Positions 9,596 through 19,389 of a stretch of 64,000 nucleotides of DNA are shown here, in pieces. The notes under the pieces were generated by a model. That model was not told the DNA's origin. It ran no database searches and was given only the letters and a program-made list of their open reading frames with translations. Position numbers and translations under genes: made by a program. The stretch's first letter is position 1; each line of letters opens with the position of its first letter. Origin of the DNA: Nitrosopumilus sp. (GTDB lineage Archaea > Thermoproteota > Nitrososphaeria > Nitrososphaerales > Nitrosopumilaceae); contig OZ242186.1 of the NCBI GenBank assembly GCA_965205675.1, forward strand, positions 224,001 to 288,000. Direction: 5' to 3'.

Positions 9596-10648
9596 ATGAT
9601 TACAAAAGAGATAGATGAAAATTCAATATCGGTCATACCAGAAGATTCTGAAGATCTTTTGAATTTACGTCGGATTATTAAAGAAAATGATAAAATAATT
9701 GGTGATACTACAAGAGTCCTAAAACAAGACAGGGATTACTCAAGACCGGATAAAGGAGAAAGAATTAAAGTTAGAATTGCATTAACAGTAGAAAAAATCT
9801 CACTTGATGATGTCTTAGATAGATTAAGAGTTGGAGGTATAATTTCAGAATCAAATAATGAATCAGTTCCACATGGTTCACATCATTCTTTTATTTTAAA
9901 ACTTAATGATGGAATTACAATTTCAAAGAAAAAATGGATGCCAATTGAAAAAAAACTTTTAGAATCTAGTAACAATCAAGTTAGTTTTGTATTAGTTGCA
10001 ATTGATACAAGTGATGGTGGAATTGCAAGATTAAGAGGTACACATTTAGAATTTATGCCAAATATCTATTCTGGTTCGGGTGGAAAAAGATACAAAACAA
10101 ATTTCAACATTGGAAAATTCTTTGAACAAATACAACAAGCAATATCAACTATTTTCAAAGAAGGAGATACAATAGTAGTTTTTGGTCCTGGTGAAACAAA
10201 GAAAAGATTTGCAAATTTTATTGAAAAATCACAAAAACTTCAAAAATATCAAATTCAAGTTGTAGATGGAATTGATTCCGGTGGAGAAGATGGAATATAC
10301 ATATTTACAAAATCTCAAACAATGCAAGAAATAATGTCAGATAGTAAATTAGCCAAAGTATCATCCATTATTGATGAGGTAATGATTCTTGCAAACAAAA
10401 CAAGTAGAAAATTTACTATGGGGTATAATGAAACATTTAACGCAAATCAAATGGGGGCAGTCGAATCACTTGTATTTTCTGATAAAGCAATTCAAGAAAA
10501 TGATGAGCAAGAAATAATGAATTTTTTAAATGATGCAGAAAATAAAGGGGTAAAGATTTTCAGTGTTGATTCATCTACAGATATTGGTCTTAGAGTGTCA
10601 GGCTTAGGTGGAATAGTTTCTTTGTTAAGATATGCAGTAGAATCCTAG
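9596..10648 (+). CDS. pelA: Pelota / Dom34 ribosome rescue factor
   Basis: PED.EDL..L, RLRVGG, GSHH, GPGETK and LGGIVSLLRY eRF1-like motifs. Confidence 0.92.
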   Translation: MITKEIDENSISVIPEDSEDLLNLRRIIKENDKIIGDTTRVLKQDRDYSRPDKGERIKVRIALTVEKISLDDVLDRLRVGGIISESNNESVPHGSHHSFILKLNDGITISKKKWMPIEKKLLESSNNQVSFVLVAIDTSDGGIARLRGTHLEFMPNIYSGSGGKRYKTNFNIGKFFEQIQQAISTIFKEGDTIVVFGPGETKKRFANFIEKSQKLQKYQIQVVDGIDSGGEDGIYIFTKSQTMQEIMSDSKLAKVSSIIDEVMILANKTSRKFTMGYNETFNANQMGAVESLVFSDKAIQENDEQEIMNFLNDAENKGVKIFSVDSSTDIGLRVSGLGGIVSLLRYAVES

Positions 10649-10956
10649 GTTATAGATTCAACTAACCAATTCAGATATGATTTGTTAATTGAATTGACAT
10701 CAATTTCTACAATTTCAGGAACATCATATGGATGAGTTTCTTTAATTTTCTTTTTCAATAAAGTTTTGTTTTTTGTTATTGTTTTGAATATAGCAAAATA
10801 TTCTGATGTATTTTCAACTTTATCCTTCCAAGAATAAATTGAAGAAATTTTAGAAATATTAACACATGCAACGATCCTATTTTTTATAAGTTCATTTGCA
10901 ACTTTAGAAATTGATTTTTTATTAGGATATGTAGAGATAATTATTACTGGTTTCAT
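10645..10956 (-). CDS. cutA: Divalent-cation tolerance protein CutA
   Basis: ACVN, SIYSW and HPYDVPEI motifs. Confidence 0.92.
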   Translation of the reverse strand: MKPVIIISTYPNKKSISKVANELIKNRIVACVNISKISSIYSWKDKVENTSEYFAIFKTITKNKTLLKKKIKETHPYDVPEIVEIDVNSINKSYLNWLVESIT

Positions 10957-10999
10957 AGTAAACGATAAATGTCCGTACTTAAAAAAATTAATAATTAGG

Positions 11000-12220
11000 T
11001 TGGAACTCGATTTTATTACTCAGAATGCAATAATCTATGTCTTAATGGCTTGGGTAGTCATTATAGTAATTGCAAAAGCTCTCAAAGTAGAAAAATATGG
11101 TTTTGAATTAAAGGCATATAGTCTTGTATACAAGAATAAAGATGTTAATGATATATTAATCAAAGTACTTGGACGAACAAAAAAAAGTATCAAAGTTTTT
11201 GCAGACATAAGTGTGGTTGCAGGCTTTATTATGATGGGATTTGCATTTTATTTTTTATTAAATAATGTTTCAAACTATTTTGTTGCACAATCAAGTTTTT
11301 CAGAACTAACAGTACTTATCCCAGGCGTTACGTTAACTTCAGCACCAGCTATTGCATATTTTCTACTTTCAATTCCAATTGTATTAGTTATGCATGAAGG
11401 AGCACATGGCATAGTAGCTGCATTAGAAAAGATAAAAATCAAGACTGGCGGATTTGCAGTATTCATTGCATTGTTTGCAGGATTTGTAGAGCCAGATGAA
11501 GAAGAGTTTGATAAAGCTAAAAAGATTTCAAAATTAAGAGTGATTGGAGCAGGCGCCACATCGAATGTATTATTTGCAATTGTACTAGGAATGATTATGT
11601 TAACAAATCCAATTTTTGGAATAGTTTTAGAGAGCATTCCACTATTTGGTGAAACTATCTTGAACACATTTTATGAATTATCAAAAGGAGTTCTGATACT
11701 TTCAATCATAGAAAACTCAGGTGCTGAACAAGCAGGATTGCTTGCAAATGACATTATTACTACGATTAATGGTATACCGATTCATGGTCCGGCAGATTTC
11801 CCTATTTTAAATCCAGGAGAAACAGCTAATGTTTTTGTAATTAGAGATGGCCAAGCATTAGAATTTGGATTAGAAGTAATGTCTGATCCAAATGATCCCA
11901 AAAGAGGATTAATAGGAATTATGAGGGATAATTCAATTCCATACAAACCTGTGATGAATTTTATTGACTGGACAAATGTAGATTTTAACATTTCAATGTT
12001 TTTGTTGTGGCTTTGGATGATTTCATTTTTTATTGGTATTATCAACATGCTACCTTTACCAATTTTAGATGGTGGAAAATTCATTCATATAATTATTGAT
12101 AAACGAATTTCAGATAAATCAACTAACATAGTAATGTGGGGAATATACGCATTTACATTTGTTCTATTTGGTCTTAACATTGCCTTGTCATATTTAAAGT
12201 CAGGATGGTTTACAATCTAA
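11000..12220 (+). CDS. Site-2 protease (M50) with PDZ domain
   Basis: HEGAH, NMLPLPILDGG and SGAEQAGL..ND PDZ motifs. Confidence 0.92.
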   Translation: MELDFITQNAIIYVLMAWVVIIVIAKALKVEKYGFELKAYSLVYKNKDVNDILIKVLGRTKKSIKVFADISVVAGFIMMGFAFYFLLNNVSNYFVAQSSFSELTVLIPGVTLTSAPAIAYFLLSIPIVLVMHEGAHGIVAALEKIKIKTGGFAVFIALFAGFVEPDEEEFDKAKKISKLRVIGAGATSNVLFAIVLGMIMLTNPIFGIVLESIPLFGETILNTFYELSKGVLILSIIENSGAEQAGLLANDIITTINGIPIHGPADFPILNPGETANVFVIRDGQALEFGLEVMSDPNDPKRGLIGIMRDNSIPYKPVMNFIDWTNVDFNISMFLLWLWMISFFIGIINMLPLPILDGGKFIHIIIDKRISDKSTNIVMWGIYAFTFVLFGLNIALSYLKSGWFTI

Positions 12221-12430
12221 ATTGAATTATTTTTCCATCTACTGAATGTAAATATAACATGTGTACTCAAAATATTTTGAACTCGTCCGCTAATGGACTA
12301 ATATTTTTAATATCATTATTATAAACTTCATACTGACAGTATTATGTTAGGAGTTAACAATGATCGCAATATTCAGAAAGGAATAAAAAAATTTTAGAAA
12401 TGAACGAAACTAGTTTTTCATTTATGATTT

Positions 12431-14581
12431 TCAGACAACATAAGGTGACTTACATTTTGGACACTTGTCATCAAATGGTTCATCCTTGAAACCACACTCA
12501 CCACAAATTGCAATATGTCTTAGAGGTTTGAAAGAAGGCACAAGTTCTGATGTTTTCTCTATGGATTTTTTAATATCATCAACTTTAGCGTCTTTGTCAA
12601 TTTGTAATGTTACCAATAAACCACCGTTAAGTAATTTTGAGATTTTATTGCATTCAGAAATATGCTCACTTTTGGCAGTCAAGTCAGAAACTTCTGAAGC
12701 ATTAACTGTAATACCTTGAGAATAAAAATCAGTATCCATAGAGTTTAGGCTCGAATTTTTGCCATATTTTTCACCATCAAGGTTTGCAAAACGAGCAGAT
12801 CCTTCAGTTTTAGTCATAGAAATAGCCACAGTATCGCCTAATTCTTTGCCTTTTTTGTTACCAACATCTACGGCAGTTTCTATGACTTTATGAAGAATGT
12901 CTCGTCCTTCTTTGTTGTCTTGGAATCCAAGTATGTTAAAGACTGCTTCTTTGAGTCCCACTAAATTCACAACAAGAGATACAGAACTTCTCTGCATGTA
13001 TTGTGTATTCTTTGCAAGGATTGGATTAAGTCCTCTTCGTGTAAGATCAGAGATCTCTTTCTTTCTTAATGCCATGGAAGCTAAAGCTGGTTTCATTAGT
13101 AAAGCAAGTCTTGCTCTAAAATAGGTTTCATCTTTATTTGATTCAAATGCTAATCTTGGAAGATTAATTGAAACAGATTGTAGATTAATTGATAGAGAAC
13201 CAGATGTTTTTGTAGAACCATTTGTGATTCCATAACTAGATGTTTGTCCTTTAGCAAATATTATTTTTCCACCAAGTAAAATTATTTCAGCCGCTGATTT
13301 TGATACATCAGTAATCTTTCCTTTATCAGCATCAATTATCAAACCAATTTTTGGAATTGGTGTAATGTTTGTATAATTTTTATATGCATTGATAATTGCA
13401 TTAATTATTTTTGTATCCGTACCCAATTGTAAACGAATAGAAATATTGGTGCTAGTTTTACTATATTTTGAAGTAGTTGACGCAGTTGCAAATGCATTAG
13501 TTAATCTTTGTTCAAGTTCTGGAAGAGACTTTGAATGTTTTATAAATAATGAAACTAAACCATCAAGTACAATTTCTTGTGAAGCTTCTTTAGAAAGAAG
13601 AGCAATGATTATAGATAGCGAACTTGTGATTTCGTCTAATTGTTTTGATGCTGAAAATCTTGATACATCAAGATATTTTCCACCAAGATCTATACCGCCA
13701 TCAATTAATTCTTTAATGTTAACAAATATTGTATCCGGAATCATAGACCAAACTCCAGGATTAGAGATGTGTAAATCGCCAGATAGATGTGAATCTGCTA
13801 CATCTTTGGGTAAAATGTTTGTAAGAAGATGTTCTGCAAACACTTTTTGTCCACTATTAAACAAAAGACCTTCAGCACCATTATCTACATCATCCAAGTT
13901 AGAAATCATTTCTTGAACATCATAAACAGGTAAGCCTAAGCGTGCGAGTTTGTTCCGATATTCTTCATGACCATGCTCAAGTAGTACAGAATTGACCATT
14001 TCACGGATTAATGCCCCTGTAAGATAAGTTGTCTGATATTTGTAAATTCTATTTTCAACTTCTTCTGTAATTTTTTGTGCAAGTTCTAATGGAAGACTTC
14101 CTTCACGAACAAGTGACTGAATAATTTTATGTGAGTTAAATTCTTCAATTGATTCAGAAGACGTTCTAACATACATTTTTCCACTTTCAATAATTGAACG
14201 TTCTTCAATTTGTCTTGCCAAACTTAAAACAAGTTTTCCAAGATTTGTAATTGTGTAACGTCTTTCAGATTTATTTAGTGCAACAAGCGATTGCCTAAGT
14301 AATTTTCTTAAATGATATGCAAATTTTCCACTTTCTTTTTTTGATTTAAAACCAGCTAATGATTTTAATTCAGAATAGGTTAATGGACCTTTAGAGTTTA
14401 AAATTCTAAGTATATCAATTCTGTTTGGACTAGCCATTACAGAGAAGATCATCCTGACTCGTTTTGATGTAGATTGTAGTATTCCATCTCTTTTTGGATC
14501 AGAATCATCCATATCAGAATCTAGATCTAATTCAGAATCATCATCTAGTTCTAATTCTAAATCTTCTTCGGTTTGTTTCAT
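12431..14581 (-). CDS. ArsR-like wHTH + ATP-cone + degenerate class III RNR (NrdD-like) fusion protein
   Basis: PNRIDILRIL...YHLRKL HTH; VRTSSESIEEFNSHKI ATP cone; HLSGDLHI and INLPRLA NrdD motifs; C-terminal CxxC-CxxC; no glycyl-radical loop. Confidence 0.8.
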   Translation of the reverse strand: MKQTEEDLELELDDDSELDLDSDMDDSDPKRDGILQSTSKRVRMIFSVMASPNRIDILRILNSKGPLTYSELKSLAGFKSKKESGKFAYHLRKLLRQSLVALNKSERRYTITNLGKLVLSLARQIEERSIIESGKMYVRTSSESIEEFNSHKIIQSLVREGSLPLELAQKITEEVENRIYKYQTTYLTGALIREMVNSVLLEHGHEEYRNKLARLGLPVYDVQEMISNLDDVDNGAEGLLFNSGQKVFAEHLLTNILPKDVADSHLSGDLHISNPGVWSMIPDTIFVNIKELIDGGIDLGGKYLDVSRFSASKQLDEITSSLSIIIALLSKEASQEIVLDGLVSLFIKHSKSLPELEQRLTNAFATASTTSKYSKTSTNISIRLQLGTDTKIINAIINAYKNYTNITPIPKIGLIIDADKGKITDVSKSAAEIILLGGKIIFAKGQTSSYGITNGSTKTSGSLSINLQSVSINLPRLAFESNKDETYFRARLALLMKPALASMALRKKEISDLTRRGLNPILAKNTQYMQRSSVSLVVNLVGLKEAVFNILGFQDNKEGRDILHKVIETAVDVGNKKGKELGDTVAISMTKTEGSARFANLDGEKYGKNSSLNSMDTDFYSQGITVNASEVSDLTAKSEHISECNKISKLLNGGLLVTLQIDKDAKVDDIKKSIEKTSELVPSFKPLRHIAICGECGFKDEPFDDKCPKCKSPYVV

Positions 14582-14693
14582 TGATGTTTCTAAATTTAAT
14601 GCAGTAAATAAGACTTGTGACTATATAATTTATTGTGATTTTTGATCAGATTATTTGAAAAGATAAAAAAGATCTATAAAGGAGATTAAACAA

Positions 14694-14855
14694 TTATTTT
14701 TCTTGGACATCTAGTGAAAATTCTGATGTAGAAAGTTTTTGTCCACACGATGGACATTTCCCATTTGAGGGATTTAGTACATCTTTTAGAGATTTTAGCA
14801 TTTTCATATTTGTGATCTTTTCTCCACATTTACCACATGTAATTTCTACTGACAT
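14694..14855 (-). CDS. Small zinc-ribbon protein, 53 aa (not in ORF track)
   Basis: Manual translation MSVEITCGKCGEKITNMKMLKSLKDVLNPSNGKCPSCGQKLSTSEFSLDVQEK, two CxxCG motifs. Confidence 0.75.
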   Translation of the reverse strand: MSVEITCGKCGEKITNMKMLKSLKDVLNPSNGKCPSCGQKLSTSEFSLDVQEK

Positions 14856-14925
14856 GAATATGATTAGATAAGCAAAATAATTAAGAACAGGTTTTGACTT
14901 TTTTTAATAATTCAAACAAATTATT

Positions 14926-15291
14926 TTACTGTTTTTCAATGAGAATTCCACGTTCATCAAAACCACTGATTTTTGCTCGGGTTCCAACTGGAAGATCTGC
15001 CGGAGTGGCAATTTCAGCCATAAATCCAGAAATTCGTAAATCCGTATTATCTAATTGAAGTACAACAAAAGCATAAGGGGTGTATTTTTCAAAGCCTGCA
15101 GGAGGCACGGTGATTATGGTATAAGTAGCAACTGAGCCTACACCATCTAAAATAGCAGCTTCAAATTCCTTACTACCACATTTTTGACAATAATATACAG
15201 TTGAAAGATGTAGTAATCCACAATCAGAACATTTGTGAGTTAAAACTTTGCCATTTTTTGCATTTTCAATAAGTTGTTCTTCAATAGTCAT
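14926..15291 (-). CDS. DUF35 Zn-ribbon/OB-fold thiolase partner
   Basis: CSDCG...CQKCGS and PPAGF..TPY motifs; translationally adjacent to the thiolase. Confidence 0.9.
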   Translation of the reverse strand: MTIEEQLIENAKNGKVLTHKCSDCGLLHLSTVYYCQKCGSKEFEAAILDGVGSVATYTIITVPPAGFEKYTPYAFVVLQLDNTDLRISGFMAEIATPADLPVGTRAKISGFDERGILIEKQ

Positions 15292-15292
15292 T

Positions 15293-16456
15293 TTATACAC
15301 TTTGGAAAACATGAACAGCACAACTTGCTCCGGTTGCACCAAAATTATGCGTTAAACCGATTCTTGCATCTTTAACAGTCCTATCACCTGCCTTACCAGT
15401 TAATTGATCAAATACTTCTACTACTTGACCAACGCCTGTTGCACCTATTGGGTGTCCTTTTGATTTAAGACCACCTGAGGGATTAATAGAAATGTCAGAA
15501 TTTAATTTTGTTCTACCTTCACGAACAGCTTGGATACCTTGACCTTTATTAAAGAACCCTAAATCCTCGGTGTCAACTACTTCTGCAATCGTAAAGCAGT
15601 CATGTACTTCTGCAAAGTCAACATCTTTTGCAGTGATATCTGCCATTTTGTATGCATCTGCTGCTGCAAGTTTTGTACTAGGAATTGTTGTCATATGTTC
15701 ACGTCCTTGTAAAGCAGCAGGTGAACCGCCCCGACCTGAACCAATTACTTCAATGTAATCACCACCATGTTCTTTTGCAAATTTTTCAGAACAAAGAATA
15801 ACAGAACTTGCACCATCAGAAAAAGGACAACAATCATAAAGTTTCAATGGACTTGCAACTACTGTAGAATTCATTACATCATCAACTGTAATTTTCTTTT
15901 GCATGTGAGCTTTTGGATTAAGATAACCATTATCATGATTCTTTACTGCAACACTTGCAAAATCTTCTTCAGTTGCATCAAATTCTGTCAAATAAGCTCT
16001 TGCCATAGATGCAAACAGACCTGGAAATGATGCACCTGCTTGACCTTCATAGAAAAAGTCAGAACAATATGCAAAGTAAGTTGTAGTCCATTCAGTTCCG
16101 GTATGTGTTACTTTTTCAACACCAGTGACAACAAGACAATCATAAAATCCTGCTGCAACATTTGCATATGCCTCTCTAAAAGATACAGAGCCACTTCCAC
16201 ATGCCGACTCTATTGTTAATGATGGTTTATCCGAAATTCCTAGTCTGCTCATTAAGACAGGACCAATATGGACTTGTTTGTCAGCTACTCCAAAAACGTT
16301 TGAAATGTAAGATGCTTTAATCTCTTTAGGATCAATGCCAGCACTTTCTATGGCTAAAATTGATGCCTGAGTAGTAATATCAGCAATACTCTCACTTAAT
16401 TTACCATATTTGGTGCTACCAGATCCAAGAACACAAACCTTTTCCACAAATGTCAC
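15293..16456 (-). CDS. Archaeal acetoacetyl-CoA thiolase
   Basis: ESACGSG, DCCPFSDGA, EVHDCF and KGHPIGATG motifs. Confidence 0.92.
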   Translation of the reverse strand: MTFVEKVCVLGSGSTKYGKLSESIADITTQASILAIESAGIDPKEIKASYISNVFGVADKQVHIGPVLMSRLGISDKPSLTIESACGSGSVSFREAYANVAAGFYDCLVVTGVEKVTHTGTEWTTTYFAYCSDFFYEGQAGASFPGLFASMARAYLTEFDATEEDFASVAVKNHDNGYLNPKAHMQKKITVDDVMNSTVVASPLKLYDCCPFSDGASSVILCSEKFAKEHGGDYIEVIGSGRGGSPAALQGREHMTTIPSTKLAAADAYKMADITAKDVDFAEVHDCFTIAEVVDTEDLGFFNKGQGIQAVREGRTKLNSDISINPSGGLKSKGHPIGATGVGQVVEVFDQLTGKAGDRTVKDARIGLTHNFGATGASCAVHVFQSV

Positions 16457-16503
16457 TGACCTATTTCCCTATAAAAATTGTTTTAGTAAATTCACCATAG
16501 AAA

Positions 16504-16977
16504 ATGCCAAGAAAAAAATCAAGTCTCAAAACTGTTCAGATCAAAAAACCTGTAATGAGACACATAGTCAAAACTACAAAATCAAGAACTAACATCTTAA
16601 AAAAAGAAATCATTCAGTATTTTGATAGTAATGGATTTCTTTCGTGGTCTTCAAAAGAGAGAAAATACATTATTCTTGGAACAAATTCTCCTAAAAATGG
16701 ACTAGTACAGTGTCCTGAATGTAAATTAGGAAAATTGATGGTGGTTAGATCAAAATCTACTAGAAAACGATTCATAGGTTGTTCAAATTTTTATGGCGGA
16801 TGTAAAGCATCATCGCCACTATTACAAAAAGCAAGGATGAGGGCATTGAAGATGCCTTGTGAGATTTGTAAATGGCCAATGATCATTTTTAGATATACTA
16901 GAAATCAAAAATGGACAAAACAATGTGGGAATTTTAATTGTGAAAGCAGAAAGACTAAGATTTCAAGTAAGATATAA
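16504..16977 (+). CDS. Topoisomerase-I-type C4 zinc-ribbon protein
   Basis: CPEC..G.L, FIGCSNF..C and CEIC...C.N..C repeats. Confidence 0.7.
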   Translation: MPRKKSSLKTVQIKKPVMRHIVKTTKSRTNILKKEIIQYFDSNGFLSWSSKERKYIILGTNSPKNGLVQCPECKLGKLMVVRSKSTRKRFIGCSNFYGGCKASSPLLQKARMRALKMPCEICKWPMIIFRYTRNQKWTKQCGNFNCESRKTKISSKI

Positions 16978-17179
16978 CAACGATCAAAAGTTCATGAATA
17001 TTTTTATCTGATTTCTAAAAATATAATTTGCAATATCAAGTTTGAACTATTTTACTATCAAATATTTAGAAACTGCCTTGTTCATTATTGCAAACATTGC
17101 ATAATATTCTGATATCAACCTGATATCAAGATAATTTAATTGTCAAAGGATTCACCATATTTGAACAGGATAGAATAAT

Positions 17180-17920
17180 AATGGAAGATAAACAAATATA
17201 CAAGAATTCTTTGCAAGATGTTCTTTTACTTTTTTTGAGTTGTGAACTGATGTCTTGTCCAACCTCAGTGTAATTTTTCCATATTTCCAGTATAGTTACG
17301 TTAAATATTCTACAAATGTTATAGAATCGAGTTTGTCATACACTCGAAACAGTTGACTGTTATTTCCGGTGATTGCTCCATATACTGCCAGACTTTGATG
17401 TCGTCCTACATATGGAAAAAATATTATCTTGACAATCTAATGACCAATGCTTTTTCCTGTCTTTACATCTCCAATAAAAAATGCCTTATCAGCCATTGCA
17501 ATGACAAATCCATTCTTTTTTAGGCGTGAAATTCTCTCTTTGATGCGTCGTTGTCATCTTTGTCAAGGGATACACTTGCATGGTTGATGTAATATTTTTG
17601 TAGTTTTTGCAGATATGTCGTACTATGCATTATCTTTCTGAGATGAATTATATGAAATTTCACTCTAGTGAGATAAGAAGTTGTTTGTGGTAGCATCATA
17701 GATGTAAACAGAGTTAAGATTATCTTTGAGATAATGCAAAACATTTAACCCATTTTCGCATTCAGTTTGTGTAGCGTATTGTAGTTTTGTCATCCTTTAG
17801 AATCATCAATACTGCAAGCATTCTTACTGGAGCTTTGGAGTTTTTCTTTTTATGTATTGCTTTAAAGAATTCTAACTTGTTCATATGTTTTGTTGTGCTA
17901 ACTGATCAAAAAGTTTTTTA
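17180..17920 (-). pseudogene. Degraded IS630-family transposase
   Basis: Broken frames such as MNKLEFFKAIHKKKNSKAPVRMLAV, YHxxHLRKIMH, VKTGKKHW, LAVYGAIT and RVYDK, similar to the 5..709 transposase. Confidence 0.7.
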
Positions 17921-17933
17921 TTTTGGGATTTAC

Positions 17934-18749
17934 TTAGTTCACGAATTTATGCATATTGCTATAGATATCTGTTCTTCTATTTTTAAGCAGAGGTAAAATT
18001 TTTCTAGTTTGTTTTACTTTATTCAAATCAATATTTACAAAACCAATTCCTTGTTTCTTTTTCATATCAAGTAAAATTTTACCATATGGATCAACTACTA
18101 AACTTCGTCCGCAGTAAATATTTCCAATTTGATCAGGTGCAATAAGATAGCATCCATTTTCTATTGCACGTGTTTTATTAATTGTAATCCAGTGTTCTTC
18201 TTTCATATTTCCTTTAACCCATGCAGATGGAGCTACTAAAACTTCAGAGCCTGCAACTGCAAGTGATCTAGACATTTCTGGAAATCTTAGATCATAACAT
18301 ATCATCATGCCAATTTTTCCAATTGATGTTTTTATTGGCTTTGAGATTTTTGAGCCTGGAGTTATCTTGTCTGATTCTCTGAAACCTAATGCATCATAGA
18401 GATGAATTTTACGATAAGTAGAAATTATTTTACCCGATTTGTCAATTACAAATGAAGTATCATACACTCTATCTTTTATTCTACTTTTCTCATAAAACGA
18501 GCCAACAATTTGGATTTTATTTTCTTTTGCATGTTTTGCAATAGTTGTAACAAAATTTCCATTAATCGTTTCAGCTAAATTTGCTAATTGTTTTGAAGTT
18601 TGAGATGAATTTGTATAAAACATCATGAATTCTGGGAATGCACAAAGTATTGCATTCTGTGAAGTGGCTTTTTTAACAAATGAAAGAATTTTTTTTAGAT
18701 TATCATCTTTGTTAGTAGATGCTTTGAATTGAACTATTGCGACTTTCAT
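17934..18749 (-). CDS. Carbon-nitrogen hydrolase (nitrilase superfamily, Nit1-like)
   Basis: FPE, YRKIHL and ICYDLRFPE catalytic E-K-C triad. Confidence 0.92.
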   Translation of the reverse strand: MKVAIVQFKASTNKDDNLKKILSFVKKATSQNAILCAFPEFMMFYTNSSQTSKQLANLAETINGNFVTTIAKHAKENKIQIVGSFYEKSRIKDRVYDTSFVIDKSGKIISTYRKIHLYDALGFRESDKITPGSKISKPIKTSIGKIGMMICYDLRFPEMSRSLAVAGSEVLVAPSAWVKGNMKEEHWITINKTRAIENGCYLIAPDQIGNIYCGRSLVVDPYGKILLDMKKKQGIGFVNIDLNKVKQTRKILPLLKNRRTDIYSNMHKFVN

Positions 18750-19389
18750 AAAATGAATTAATCATATGGCAATAAAAGGATAAACTTATGGTACAAGTGA
18801 GAAATGTACTATTTTCTTATTATGTAAATTTATTTTAGAAAATACAAATCGAACAGTGTATATACTGTCTAACAAATATTCATGACCCAAAATCTTCCAA
18901 ATTATGCTAATTCCTGAAATTTAAACTTGAATCTACAATGTACGTAAATCGAGTTCAGAATAGGGTGACGAATTTTTGTTATTGAGTATATGTGATCCCT
19001 TGACTGAGAAGTATTTTCCAGCCAAAAATTATTTTAGAATATTTCTATACAGTTTGGTATGACTGCACATCCCAAATGCATACAACATGTGTATAAAAAT
19101 AGATAGACCATGTCTGAGATTTGGGCATAATGATTTACAAATTGATCAGAAATGATCTCTAATGTGAGAAATAATCATTTAAATTCTTTTTTCTATGATA
19201 TTTTTTCATTATTCATCATTTTTTAGATATCATGTACGATCATGGTGTGAAATTATGAAAAATATTCTTTCCAAAATTACCACTACAATGCAAATTGGAG
19301 CATTGTCAATTTTATTCCACCGAAGTTTTAGGAAAACCCGACAAATAGTTTTTATCGTCATTTGTTCTAACCCCTGTGAAGAGATTATA

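Noticed and set aside
12431-14581. Calling this an active anaerobic ribonucleotide reductase (nrdD)
   Set aside because: No glycyl-radical loop, no active-site Cys and no activase in the window
19195-19389. N-terminal 65-aa extension of nrdJ in the ORF track
   Set aside because: Low-complexity sequence upstream of the ATP cone; ATG 19390 is the likelier start
18750-19389. Cobalamin riboswitch upstream of B12-dependent nrdJ
   Set aside because: No B12-box or GC-rich stems visible; the region is AT-rich
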